Assembly: GCF_035285525.1 (NCBI RefSeq)
Contig: NZ_JAYKGW010000028.1
Span: 1 to 32,000, forward strand
Source: Okeania sp.
Lineage (GTDB): Bacteria > Cyanobacteriota > Cyanobacteriia > Cyanobacteriales > Microcoleaceae
Length of the DNA stretch: 32,000 nt
Direction of reading: 5' to 3'
Shown here: positions 18,490 to 27,718 of the stretch, piece by piece
Numbering within the stretch: position 1 is the first letter of the stretch
How the letters are laid out: every line of letters begins with the position of its first letter
Translations under genes and position numbers: made by a program
Notes under the pieces: generated by a model
What the model saw: the letters and a program-made list of their open reading frames with translations, nothing else
The model's database searches: none
Told to the model about the DNA's origin: nothing

Positions 18490-18592
18490 AGGACTAAAGC
18501 CATGTGAACCCAGAAACCCGGTACGAGGGTAGATTATTACCGCTCAAAACAACGATTTATCCTAGAAACCGGGTTCCTCCCGTGTAAGTCCT
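18490..18592. mobile_element. MITE-like element, family 1 subtype D (degenerate left terminus)
   Basis: It reads aggactaaagcc...cagaaacccggtacg...ctagaaaccgggttcctcccgtgtaagtcct. Confidence 0.55.
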
Positions 18593-18598
18593 AATTAA

Positions 18599-18739
18599 CT
18601 AACCAACTTGATAAGCGGTACTAAGTCCCCAAAAAAGAAGAAAGACTATACTACCCAAAATAATAATGGCAGAAATACTGATCGCTTTGGGGGTATCTGC
18701 TCCCTTAAATTTCATTATTCCACGGTCGAGGTCTGACAT
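18599..18739 (-). CDS. Small single-pass membrane protein (46 aa)
   Basis: MSDLDRGIMKFKGADTPKAISISAIIILGSIVFLLFWGLSTAYQVG. The internal ATG at 18739 follows an AGGAG SD. The upstream 46 codons of the tracked ORF are AT-rich and look non-coding. Confidence 0.5.
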   Translation of the reverse strand: MSDLDRGIMKFKGADTPKAISISAIIILGSIVFLLFWGLSTAYQVG

Positions 18740-18894
18740 TGTATTTCTCCTAAACTTTACTATTGATTTTAACCGAGAATTTCTCGAAATATATTTACCT
18801 ATTACTGTATTTTCTAATAGTTTGGTGACAGATTCCTCTGGAATTTTAAAATAATAATAAAGATTAACAATAGTCATTTAGGGAGTAGGGAGTA

Positions 18895-19100
18895 GTTAGG
18901 GTTTGCGCTTCTTAAGTCTTTTTTTTAGGAGTAGGGGAGCGCTTGAGTAGGGGAGCAGGAAAGTAATTTTTTTGCCCAACGATGTGCCTAAAATAGTAAC
19001 TTGAGGAGCATTAAGCAGCTCAAAATCAGGTACTTTTTCCCGACCTAAAATGACTAAAACCTTTATATCTAAATGCTTTTATATTTCATCAGCAAATCCT
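18895..19100. mobile_element. MITE-like element, family 2
   Basis: The left end is gttagggtttgcg...aagtctttttttt. The right end is tatatttcatcagcaaatcctac. The right terminus contains the cmoB stop codon (19099..19101). Confidence 0.6.
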
Positions 19101-20079
19101 ACTTATGGGCGATTACATAATAACGCCAAGGAGCAGGATAACCTTCAATAGTTAGTGAGGGATCGTGAGGATGAAGAAATTCTGGTAAACTATCAATATT
19201 TGCCCAAGTAGTGCGTCGTTGCTCTTGAATGGACAAAGGTTCGGCAAAAAAACAATGGATATCGCTAAACCCTGCTCTCCCTATCCAATTTTCCAAGCAA
19301 GACTTAGTAGGAAGAAACCAAATACCCCGCGCTTGAGCATAACGTTTTTGGGGTGTGAGTGCCACTGGTAAATCTCCAGGAATACCCTGACAGTCAATAA
19401 TAATTTCACCTTTAGGTGTTAATGCTTCTCGCATTTTGCGTAATAAACTAATAGGGTCGGTGTGATGATAGAGAATACCCAGGCAAAAAATGGTGTCAAA
19501 AAATTGGGGGTAGTAGTGAATGTGTTCAACTCCTAAAAGTTCAAATACTAGCATTTTTTGTTTGACAATATTTTGGATAAGTTGAAAATTCCAGAAATGT
19601 TTGGTGTAGGGTTCAAAACCGATGACTAATTCTGGTTGTTGCTCTGCCATCCGAAACATAAAATAACCGTTGTGACAACCAATATCAGCAACTTTACGAT
19701 TTTTCAGAGAACTAATATGGGGTAAAATGCGTTCCCATTTCCAGTCGGAACGCCATTCTGCATCTATGGTTATGCCAAATAGTTCAAAAGGACCTTTTTT
19801 CCAAGGGCAAAATAATTGCAAGGAGTTGTGAAATATTTGTTTTTGCTCTGTGGAAAGTTCGTCAGGGCGACCAACTTTGATGACTGCACTGGAAAAGTCA
19901 AAAAAGTCACTTTGAATATCTGTTATTGTTTGTACTGCTTCGTAATATTTTTGAGTAGAAGGTTCAAATAATTTTGTTTTTCTTTCTTGACGAATTTTTA
20001 ATATTTCTTCTGTGTTGATGGGGATGTTATATTTATATAAATAATCTGGGGAAATATAGTCAATATTTTTGTTAAACAT
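19099..20079 (-). CDS. cmoB: tRNA U34 carboxymethyltransferase (cmo5U synthase)
   Basis: The product is full length (326 aa) and collinear with E. coli CmoB as I remember it. Matching stretches are FCPWKKGPFELFGITIDAEWRSDWKWERILPHIS, VADIGCHNGYFMFRM, RYAQARGIWFLPT, EQRRTTWANIDSLPEFLHPHDPSLTIEGYPAP. Confidence 0.9.
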   Translation of the reverse strand: MFNKNIDYISPDYLYKYNIPINTEEILKIRQERKTKLFEPSTQKYYEAVQTITDIQSDFFDFSSAVIKVGRPDELSTEQKQIFHNSLQLFCPWKKGPFELFGITIDAEWRSDWKWERILPHISSLKNRKVADIGCHNGYFMFRMAEQQPELVIGFEPYTKHFWNFQLIQNIVKQKMLVFELLGVEHIHYYPQFFDTIFCLGILYHHTDPISLLRKMREALTPKGEIIIDCQGIPGDLPVALTPQKRYAQARGIWFLPTKSCLENWIGRAGFSDIHCFFAEPLSIQEQRRTTWANIDSLPEFLHPHDPSLTIEGYPAPWRYYVIAHK

Positions 20080-20104
20080 AAGTTCAGAGAGGGAACAGGT
20101 AATT

Positions 20105-20130
20105 TCAGTTATCAGTTATCAGTTATCACT
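20105..20130. repeat. STRR heptamer TCAGTTA, 3.5 units
   Basis: It reads tcagttatcagttatcagttatcact, 26 nt upstream of the cmoB start. Confidence 0.85.
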
Positions 20131-20244
20131 GGAGTTTAGACTAACAGTCAGAGGCTTGAAATACTGAGTTAAATATTTTTTCATCCCCGAATAAGGCGAG
20201 GCTTTATACCTCATTTTTTGGTAAGAGTTCCAGTTTTTTTTATT

Positions 20245-20268
20245 AGGACTTACGCAGAAACCGGGTTT
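20245..20268. mobile_element. Solo terminus of a family-1 MITE-like element
   Basis: The sequence aggacttacgcagaaaccgggttt has no matching right terminus nearby. Confidence 0.45.
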
Positions 20269-20345
20269 ATTTAGGGAAATTTATATAATTGATAATTTAT
20301 GGATAAGATGAGAAATTTAGAGTAGAATATATAATTAATTTTGCA

Positions 20346-20617
20346 TAAGCATTTAGTGATTAAATATGAAGTTTTTATATATAAGCATTCAGCTATTAGC
20401 ATTCAGCTAGCTTCCTGGGGAAGAACTGCGTTAACAGCTTTTTAAAGAATCAAGCAAAGACTAAGGTTAGCTGACAAAAATGTTTCATTCATAACTTTTA
20501 ATTCTCCTTGACTACTAATTCCTTCTTCCAAGATAATATGTTAATAACTCATAGCTGACGACTGAATGCTTACGTTTTTATTTGTCAATATCAATGGTTT
20601 TATATTTAATCACCAAA
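20346..20617. repeat. Roughly 270-bp element bounded by imperfect inverted arms of about 60 nt
   Basis: The left arm is taagcatttagtgattaaatatgaag...taagcattcagctattagcattcagctagc. The reverse complement of the right arm is tttggtgattaaatataaaacc...gtaagcattcagtcgtcagctat. Confidence 0.5.
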
Positions 20618-20637
20618 CCCCAATTTATTCTAAAATT

Positions 20638-21084
20638 TTAATCAATCAAATTACCATATTTATTCATAAAATCTAAGAGAATTTTTTGATGAAACTCACC
20701 AAGCGATCGCTCCATTCCTGCATTTTCAGAATAAGCTTTACCTGCCTTAATTTCTCCGGTTGTTAATAACCCCATATCCCAACCTTCTCCCAAAACTAAA
20801 TCTTTTAATTCTACAGTTAAAGGAGCATAAAATACATGACGAACAACATGAGTATCATAGTAAACACCAAACTCCCAAACTGTATCAGGAGCATAACTTA
20901 TTTCTTCAATTAATTCTCGTTTCATAGCCACTTCTGGTGTTTCTCTTGGTTCAATATGACCCCCAAAAAAAGCCCATTTACCAGGATGAGCAATACCAGA
21001 AATATCATCTCGTAATTGTAAGAGAAATTTTCCTTGTCGGTAAAGAATAGCGATCGCCACATGAGGTAAATTATTGTTATTCAT
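20638..21084 (-). CDS. NUDIX hydrolase
   Basis: The Nudix box is GGHIEPRETPEVAMKRELIEEISY. Length is 148 aa. The start overlaps the stop of the upstream gene by 4 nt (ATGA). Confidence 0.85.
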   Translation of the reverse strand: MNNNNLPHVAIAILYRQGKFLLQLRDDISGIAHPGKWAFFGGHIEPRETPEVAMKRELIEEISYAPDTVWEFGVYYDTHVVRHVFYAPLTVELKDLVLGEGWDMGLLTTGEIKAGKAYSENAGMERSLGEFHQKILLDFMNKYGNLID

Positions 21085-21581
21085 AATTCTGATTTTTCTA
21101 TTCTTTCTAATTCTTGTATGTAAAAATCTCCAACATCTTGATTCCCCATTTCGGGAACTACAATACTTTGATAATGTACTTTTCCTTTAACTGTAATTTC
21201 TGTTCCTATTTTTGGTAAATTTGTTTTAGTAAGTATCCAAATACTCCCGGTATTATCTTTAAGTTCATAAGCACCTGTTTCTATAAACGGAGCAATACTT
21301 TCTACAGTACCTTTTAAATGTACTTGATTATCAATTTTACCTTTGCTTTTAATTTTCTCAATTCGACTGACATTAAGATTCAATTTTATAGCAGTTTGTT
21401 CAATTTGACTGCAACTAATTACTCCCATCACCAAAAACATAATCAAAATAGTTCTAAATTTATCAAATGATGAATTTAATAAACTAGAATTAAGCAACGA
21501 AAAGCTGAAGGAAAATTTATCTAATATTTTGATATAATTCATCTCAAAAGCTTTTTTCTTGGGCGGTCTAGTCATCATCAA
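21081..21581 (-). CDS. Probable OB-fold lipoprotein
   Basis: A signal peptide ends in the lipobox VISC. The C-terminal VHLKGTVESIAPFIETGAYELKDNTGSIWILTKTNLPKIGTEITVKGKV resembles BOF/YgiW-type OB folds. The start is uncertain: ATG 21581, or MNYIK at 21542. Confidence 0.6.
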   Translation of the reverse strand: MMMTRPPKKKAFEMNYIKILDKFSFSFSLLNSSLLNSSFDKFRTILIMFLVMGVISCSQIEQTAIKLNLNVSRIEKIKSKGKIDNQVHLKGTVESIAPFIETGAYELKDNTGSIWILTKTNLPKIGTEITVKGKVHYQSIVVPEMGNQDVGDFYIQELERIEKSEL

Positions 21582-21950
21582 AACTTTTTCCTTATTTACA
21601 TCATAATTTTCTATTTCTTACTATAGGAATTAGCAATTATTACATCATATCAATATCAAGATTAAATTCCTGCATCTAATTTATTTGTCAAAATACAAAA
21701 TACTTCTTTTCTCCATACCTATTCCCAGTTAAATCTTCCCTATTTAATATAATTCATCTCGAAAGCTTTTTTCTTGGGCGGTCTAGTCATCATCAAAACT
21801 TTTTCCTTATTTACATCATAATTTTCTATTTCTTACTATAGGAATGAGCAATTATTACATCATATCAATATCAAGATTAAACTCCTGCATCTAATTTATT
21901 TGTCAAAATACTTTTTTTCTCCATACCTATTCCCAGTTAAATCTTCCCTG
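21536..21950. repeat. Tandem duplication, 2 units of about 215 bp, covering the 5' end and upstream region of the OB-fold gene
   Basis: The run aattcatctc(a/g)aaagcttttttcttgggcggtctagtcatcatcaaaac...ccatacctattcccagttaaatcttccct occurs at 21536..21740 and 21751..21950. The copies differ by a few substitutions and one short indel. Confidence 0.9.
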
Positions 21951-22242
21951 TTCCCTAAAAGCGATCAATTTTTGGCTTTCTTCACCCATTGAGAACCACC
22001 CGACTAAACTCAACTTAAACCCTAAAAATTAAACATTATTTTTATTTACTTAAAACATCACAAAAACTACTTTTATATCTTGATAATTATAATATTATTA
22101 TTCTGTTGATAATATACAGCATATTACCAGCTTATAACTTACCAATACTAACATTCAAACCTCTCTAGTCCAGAAATTTTGCTTCCTAGTAATGTACCCG
22201 ACTAAAAAATCCAATTTTAAAAAATCAAAACCGAAAATAACA

Positions 22243-23106
22243 ATGACAAATAAATTAGATGGTAAAGCACTGGCCAAAAAAATCAAAGCAGAACTCCAAC
22301 AAAAAATTCAATCTCTACAAAATCGAATAGGTCGCCCTCCTGGTTTAGCAGTATTAATGGTTGGAGATAACCCTGGGAGTGCAGTCTATGTCCGTAACAA
22401 AGAAAAAGCTTGCACCAAGGTAGGTATTACCTCCTTCGGAAAACATTTTCCAGAGCAAACATCTCAAGCTGAACTAACCCAAGTCATTCAACAATTAAAC
22501 CAAAACCGACAAGTAGACGGTATTCTGGTACAACTACCCCTGCCAAAACATTTAGATTCTACCTCATTACTTTACCAAACTGACCCTAGCAAAGATGTAG
22601 ATGGACTCCATCCCATGAACCTTGGACAACTGATCCGTGGCGAAAAAGGTTTACGCAGTTGTACTCCCGCAGGAGTAATGCGCTTGCTACAAGAATACAA
22701 CATTGAATTACAAGGAAAACAGGCCGTTGTATTGGGGCGAAGTATTTTAGTAGGCAAACCAATGGCATTAATGTTATTGGAGGCCAATAGTACCGTAACT
22801 ATCGCTCATTCTCGGTCTCATAATTTGGCAGCCATAACTAAAAATGCAGATATACTCGTAACTGCGGTAGGTAGACCAGAAATGATTAGTGCTGAGATGG
22901 TCAAACCAGGAGCAGTAGTAATAGATGTAGGAATTAACCGAGTTACAGATGAAGCGGGTAATAGTCGATTAGTAGGGGATGTTGAATTTGAATCTGTAGC
23001 AGAGATAGCAGAATATATCACCCCTGTACCTGGCGGAATAGGTCCGATGACTGTAGCAATGTTATTACAAAATACTGTAGAACGTTGGAGCAGTTTGGTG
23101 GAATAA
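22243..23106 (+). CDS. folD: Bifunctional methylenetetrahydrofolate dehydrogenase / methenyl-THF cyclohydrolase
   Basis: The sequence [18 protein letters not shown]...[23 protein letters not shown]...GILVQLPLP...[11 protein letters not shown]...[17 protein letters not shown]...[12 protein letters not shown]...[15 protein letters not shown] is typical. The ORF is open from 22192, but family starts align with ATG 22243. Confidence 0.92.
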   Translation: MTNKLDGKALAKKIKAELQQKIQSLQNRIGRPPGLAVLMVGDNPGSAVYVRNKEKACTKVGITSFGKHFPEQTSQAELTQVIQQLNQNRQVDGILVQLPLPKHLDSTSLLYQTDPSKDVDGLHPMNLGQLIRGEKGLRSCTPAGVMRLLQEYNIELQGKQAVVLGRSILVGKPMALMLLEANSTVTIAHSRSHNLAAITKNADILVTAVGRPEMISAEMVKPGAVVIDVGINRVTDEAGNSRLVGDVEFESVAEIAEYITPVPGGIGPMTVAMLLQNTVERWSSLVE

Positions 23107-23391
23107 TCTGATTTACACTAATTTTGATAAAAACAAAATCAAACCTGGAGTAAAACTTTACTTTCAACGTTATTCTCCAGGCATTATTTTTTACCTTTTC
23201 TTTGACTAATATCACCCCCAAAGAAACCGGGTTTCTAACTTTCCCCACTACCTACCCTAATAAAAAGACTACCTCCTACCCCCAAAGAAACTGATTTTCT
23301 AGCTTAGTCCCTACTCCCTACTACCTGCCCTAACAAAAAGACTTTTTTCAGCAAATCCTATTTAGGATTGAAACAATAAAGTGTATAATTT

Positions 23392-24342
23392 ATGGTGCTA
23401 ATGCCAAATAATGGCCACCAACTTAATCCTATGGTCTCTCAATTACAAATAGATACAACTTTTGACCTATCTACCTATTTAAAAGAGCAAAAAGCTCTAG
23501 TGGAAAAAGCTCTTGACAATTCTATTACTATAATATATCCAGAAAAAATCTATGAGGCAATGCGCTACTCTCTCCTAGCAGGTGGTAAGCGCTTACGTCC
23601 AATTCTCTGTTTAGCTACCTGTGAATTAGTAGGTGGAAATATAGAAATGGCAATGCCTACTGCTTGTGCATTAGAAATGATCCACACCATGTCCTTGATC
23701 CATGATGATTTACCCGCAATGGATGATGATGACTATCGCCGAGGCAAATTAACTAATCATAAAGTCTATGGTGAAGATATTGCAATTTTGGCAGGAGATG
23801 GTTTACTAGCTTATGCTTTTGAATTTGTGGCTGCTCAAACTAAAAATGTATTACCACAAAAAGTCTTAGAAGTCATTGCTAAGTTAGGAAAAGCTGTTGG
23901 AGCAGCAGGTTTAGTGGGAGGCCAAGTAGTGGACTTAGATTCCGAAGGTCTTGCAGAAGTATCTGAAGAAACCCTAAGTTTTATTCATACTCATAAAACA
24001 GGGGCTCTTTTAGAAGCTAGTGTGCTTTGCGGAGCTATACTGGCAAGTGCTTCTCAAGATAGTTTAGACAGACTTTCCTGCTATGCTCAAAATATTGGTT
24101 TAGCTTTTCAAATAGTAGATGATATTCTAGATATTACTGCTACTACAGAAGAATTAGGGAAAACTGCTGGAAAGGATATCGCAGCTCAAAAAGCTACCTA
24201 TCCGTCAATTTGGGGATTAGAAAAATCTCGCTCTCAAGCTCAAATATTGGTTCAGAATGCCAAGGCAGAATTAGAAGTTTTTGGAGAAAAGGCAATGCCA
24301 CTAACATCCTTAGCAGATTATATAGTCAGCCGTACTAACTAG
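23392..24342 (+). CDS. crtE: Geranylgeranyl diphosphate synthase (type II polyprenyl synthetase)
   Basis: The first Asp-rich motif is [18 protein letters not shown] and the second is FQIVDDILD. Length and context, followed by the DUF212 gene, fit cyanobacterial crtE. Confidence 0.9.
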   Translation: MVLMPNNGHQLNPMVSQLQIDTTFDLSTYLKEQKALVEKALDNSITIIYPEKIYEAMRYSLLAGGKRLRPILCLATCELVGGNIEMAMPTACALEMIHTMSLIHDDLPAMDDDDYRRGKLTNHKVYGEDIAILAGDGLLAYAFEFVAAQTKNVLPQKVLEVIAKLGKAVGAAGLVGGQVVDLDSEGLAEVSEETLSFIHTHKTGALLEASVLCGAILASASQDSLDRLSCYAQNIGLAFQIVDDILDITATTEELGKTAGKDIAAQKATYPSIWGLEKSRSQAQILVQNAKAELEVFGEKAMPLTSLADYIVSRTN

Positions 24343-24353
24343 AGGGGGTTAAC

Positions 24354-24809
24354 ATGGAGAATATTGGTGAAATTATGAATAACCATGTTCTATGGGTTGC
24401 TCTCCTAGCTTGTTTTATAGCTCAATTTTTGAAGATGGTTGTAGAGCTATTTCAATATCGCAAGATTAATCTCAAAGCTTTATTCGCAAGTGGAGGGATG
24501 CCTAGTTCCCATTCAGCATTTGTAGTAGCATTGGCAGTAGGTGTAGGTCAAACAGAAGGTTGGGGTAGTCCAGAGTTTGCCCTGGCTTTAGTTTTTGCTA
24601 TTATCGTGATGTATGATGCGGCCGGAGTCCGTCAAGCTGCAGGTTTACAAGCTAAAATTCTCAATCAAATAACGGATGAATTGTTTCAAGAAGACCATCA
24701 TCTTAATCAAGAGCGTCTCAAAGAATTGTTGGGTCATACTCCTGTACAGGTTATAGCAGGTTTTTGTTTGGGAGTAATTGTATCTTGGGTAGGGAGTTTT
24801 AGCTATTAA
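24354..24809 (+). CDS. Divergent PAP2 / DUF212 membrane protein (acid phosphatase, vanadium-haloperoxidase related)
   Basis: The motifs GGMPSSHSAFVVALA and MYDAAGVRQAAG are present. Length is 151 aa, with multiple TM segments. Confidence 0.8.
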   Translation: MENIGEIMNNHVLWVALLACFIAQFLKMVVELFQYRKINLKALFASGGMPSSHSAFVVALAVGVGQTEGWGSPEFALALVFAIIVMYDAAGVRQAAGLQAKILNQITDELFQEDHHLNQERLKELLGHTPVQVIAGFCLGVIVSWVGSFSY

Positions 24810-25022
24810 ATAAAATCTTTTTCTGGTCAAACAACTATAAAGTTAAATTTTTTTTGCGTTACATTACTGCTTATGCAAAATTGATTGTATAAGTCTATTA
24901 GTAAGATTAATTACACATTATTAGTATTAGATATATCCAATCTAATCAAGAAATTATCAATTATTTCTCTATCTTTTCTATTCCTTCTCTCCAGTAGAAA
25001 ATCAATTCTACACAACTACCTA

Positions 25023-25700
25023 TTAATTAGGTAATTGAATTTTAGGACTAATTAATGTTACTTTACTACTATCTACAATAAAAACTAAAAATCCGCGATC
25101 GCTTAAATTGAACATACTATTTGTAGCAGTTTTATGTTTCTTGGTATAGGTTACTAATAAGAAAGGTTTTTGCCCATAAGCAACTAAACCAAGATTACGT
25201 CCCAAACTTCTTTCTAACTGTAAAGCTATTTCTGGTTGATTATTATAATCCACTAAAACAGCATAGCCACTTCCTAAAGGTTCAGGATTAAAACCTATTT
25301 CTGGAGGTGCAGCTAAACGGTTATTAGGAGGTTTAGTCTCCTGACTCGGTTTAACTACATAAGCAGGCAACCCGACAATATCTTGAACATATTTTGCCCA
25401 ATCACTGGCTACATCTTTGTCATCAAAACCCCGAATACTACTAACAGTCAGACTAATGTAGCGACAGACATTTATTATAATATCTGGTGGTAAGGTGCGA
25501 CGAACTATATCTTGATTTTCAGGTGTCGTTGTAACTATTACTAATAAGTATTCACCACTACCAGGAGATTGACAATCATCTATAGCAATAGCATATTTTT
25601 GCTCAAGTGTCAAGAATAACGAGCATAAAAAAATTGAGACTATTAATTTTTGTAGTCTCCCCAACCAAGGTTTGTTTTGTTGCAGTTGAGTATCAGTCAT
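25023..25700 (-). CDS. Hypothetical secreted or membrane-anchored protein (225 aa)
   Basis: An N-terminal hydrophobic segment LIVSIFLCSLFLTL is followed by two loosely similar modules of about 80 aa. The ORF is intact. Confidence 0.65.
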   Translation of the reverse strand: MTDTQLQQNKPWLGRLQKLIVSIFLCSLFLTLEQKYAIAIDDCQSPGSGEYLLVIVTTTPENQDIVRRTLPPDIIINVCRYISLTVSSIRGFDDKDVASDWAKYVQDIVGLPAYVVKPSQETKPPNNRLAAPPEIGFNPEPLGSGYAVLVDYNNQPEIALQLERSLGRNLGLVAYGQKPFLLVTYTKKHKTATNSMFNLSDRGFLVFIVDSSKVTLISPKIQLPN

Positions 25701-25745
25701 TTCAGTTTAATTTAGGGAGTGGGGAGTGGGGAATAGTTAGGGTTT

Positions 25746-25988
25746 GAAAAAAGCAGAGTGTAAGGGGTGAGAAGTGCGAAGTGTGGGAAAGGTGAGGAGA
25801 GTGGGAAGAGAGAGAAAGTAGGATGGATAACTTTACCCTGATTTTTCTGTGCTTATCTATCCAAAATCTGTTCCTTTTTGATTTTTCGCCGTGTATGAAT
25901 AACTAAAAACCGTTTACTTTTTCACAACCTAAAAAGGCACTTACCTTTACCTATAAATGGGAGCGAGATTTAATCAGGAAGCCCTAGT
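25746..25988. mobile_element. MITE-like element, family 2
   Basis: The left end is gttagggtttgaaaaaagcag. The right end is gatttaatcaggaagccctag, the reverse complement of the tagggcttcctgattaaat terminus seen at 4151. Confidence 0.65.
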
Positions 25989-26424
25989 TAGGAGAAATGA
26001 ATGAATATTAATGATAGAGAAATGCGTTTCTGATCGGGAATTAGACAAAATTATTTATATATTGATATTGATATATATTGAACTAGATTTTGGTTTTTGA
26101 TTAGCTCTTTGAGTAATCCTTACCAACCGACAATTTATATTGTATATAACTAATTTTATCCAAATACCTTAAGTAAGATCAAAGCTCATAATTTACAAAA
26201 CCTTTAGCTCTTTAGATTACAGAACTCCTCTAAAAAATCTTAACTGAACTGTCTTGAATTTTAGAACAGGTGTTGGAAAAGTTGGCGTCTTGATTTTTCT
26301 CCCATAGTCAAGCTAGAATAAATAATTTTTGTAGCTATTTGAACCTAAAACCAAGTGCTTTTTAGTTACTAAAGCTCATGGATGTTAGTACACATAAATA
26401 GACAGATTCAATATTCTCACTTTT

Positions 26425-26462
26425 CCCTACTCCCTACTCCCTACTCCCTACTCCCTACTCCC
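26425..26462. repeat. STRR heptamer CCCTACT, 5.4 units, abutting the ycf54 stop codon
   Basis: The run ccctactccctactccctactccctactccctactccc ends one nucleotide before the stop at 26463..26465. Confidence 0.9.
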
Positions 26463-26795
26463 TTAATTTGCTAGAGAAGCTAAAGGTTCAGGAATATTAT
26501 CTGAAGGTGCTTGAAATTCTCCAGTAATTACAAACTCTAACCTTAACTTCAACCAAGTAATAAATTGAGGGTTAGTAGAAATAATCGCTGCTGCTGGTTG
26601 AGGAGATTTTTCTTTAATGCTAGCTATTTCGGGAGCTTCTAAAAAAGCAGGTTGAGGAACTAACCAAAAATCAATTTCCTTTTCCTTCTCGTGATAATCT
26701 CTTGTCCGTTCCCTCAAAACTTCTTCTAGAGGTTCTTCCTCCAGTAAGAATTTTTGACTAGCTAAAATGTAATAGTAAGTTTGCATTTCCATCAA
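26463..26795 (-). CDS. ycf54: Ycf54 (DUF2488), Mg-protoporphyrin IX monomethyl ester cyclase assembly factor
   Basis: MQTYYYILASQKFLLEEEPLEEVLRERTRDYHEKEKEIDFWLVPQPAFLEAPE...FITWLKLRLEFVITGEFQAPSDNIPEPLASL closely matches Synechocystis Slr1780 as I remember it. The true start is probably ATG 26786. Confidence 0.85.
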   Translation of the reverse strand: MMEMQTYYYILASQKFLLEEEPLEEVLRERTRDYHEKEKEIDFWLVPQPAFLEAPEIASIKEKSPQPAAAIISTNPQFITWLKLRLEFVITGEFQAPSDNIPEPLASLAN

Positions 26796-26814
26796 TAAAA
26801 TTAGACCTTAATAA

Positions 26815-27537
26815 TTATAACTTGCCATGAATAGCAAATTTCATTTCCCGGACAGCTCGTTCCATACCTACGAGTACCGCCCTAGAAATAATTGTATGAC
26901 CAATGTTAAGTTCTTCCATACCCTCCAGACAAGCAACTGGATAAACATTCCAGTAAGTGAGGCCATGTCCAGCATTAACCCGGAGTCCAGCAGTGATCGC
27001 CATTTTACATCCATCTGCCAAAACAGTCAATTCCTGATGGCGTTTGGCCTCATTCTCCGCTTCCGCATAAGTGCCTGTATGGAGTTCAATAAACTTAGCC
27101 TTAATTTCGACAGAAGCCTCTATCTGCGCTCTTTCAGCATCAATAAACATACTTACAGGAATATCTGCACCCTGTAACTGGGCTACAACTTCTTTCATTT
27201 TCGCCAGATTTCCTGCTACATCCAAACCACCTTCAGTAGTCACTTCTTCCCGACGTTCTGGTACAAGAGTAATGTAGTCCGGTTTAATATCCAGAGCGAT
27301 CGCCACCATCTCCTCAGTAGGGGCCATTTCTAAATTCAAATGAGTTCTTACTGTTTGTCGGAGAATACGAACATCTCGTTCTTGAATATGACGTCGGTCT
27401 TCCCGGAGATGGACAGTAATACCATCAGCACCAGCTAGTTCAGCTAAAACTGCTGCTGCAACTGGGTCAGGTTCTACAGTTTGTCGCGCTTGTCGAATTG
27501 TGGCAACGTGGTCGATGTTGACACCAAGAGTGGGCAA
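26815..27537 (-). CDS. pdxJ: Pyridoxine 5'-phosphate synthase
   Basis: [18 protein letters not shown]...[18 protein letters not shown]...LNLEMA...VTLVPE...[10 protein letters not shown]...IELHTG.YA...VNAGHGL... is canonical PdxJ. Length is 240 aa. Confidence 0.95.
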   Translation of the reverse strand: MPTLGVNIDHVATIRQARQTVEPDPVAAAVLAELAGADGITVHLREDRRHIQERDVRILRQTVRTHLNLEMAPTEEMVAIALDIKPDYITLVPERREEVTTEGGLDVAGNLAKMKEVVAQLQGADIPVSMFIDAERAQIEASVEIKAKFIELHTGTYAEAENEAKRHQELTVLADGCKMAITAGLRVNAGHGLTYWNVYPVACLEGMEELNIGHTIISRAVLVGMERAVREMKFAIHGKL

Positions 27538-27629
27538 TTTTTTTTCTCCTGATTAATTATTAAGTAGTCAAAGCTGATATTATATAGCAATCTTATAAAT
27601 AGGTTGTAAAATTTTATAGTAGGGATTTC

Positions 27630-27708
27630 GTCTCCAAATCCCTTAGCGTTTGGGTTGGGAAACCAAACCCCTAAAGTTTTTCCTCACAAATCACTTTTTA
27701 TGGCTGAG
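27630..27708 (+). repeat. 79-bp repeat, copy 1 (direct repeat partner at 27977..28055)
   Basis: It reads gtctccaaatcccttagcgtttgggttgggaaaccaaacccctaaagtttttcctcacaaatcactttttatggctgag. Confidence 0.85.
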
Positions 27709-27718
27709 GTAATTATTA

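Noticed and set aside
18740-18877. N-terminal 46 codons of track ORF 18599..18877(-)
   Set aside because: The composition is AT-rich and non-coding-like. An internal ATG at 18739 with an AGGAG SD gives a compact single-TM protein.
22572-23248. Track ORFs 22572..22787, 22586..22768, 22818..23021 and 23018..23248 (all minus)
   Set aside because: The first three are antisense to folD. The last spans the folD 3' end and repeat DNA. None has independent support.
26827-27277. Track ORFs 26827..27177(+) and 27071..27277(+)
   Set aside because: Both are antisense to pdxJ, which is canonical over its whole length.
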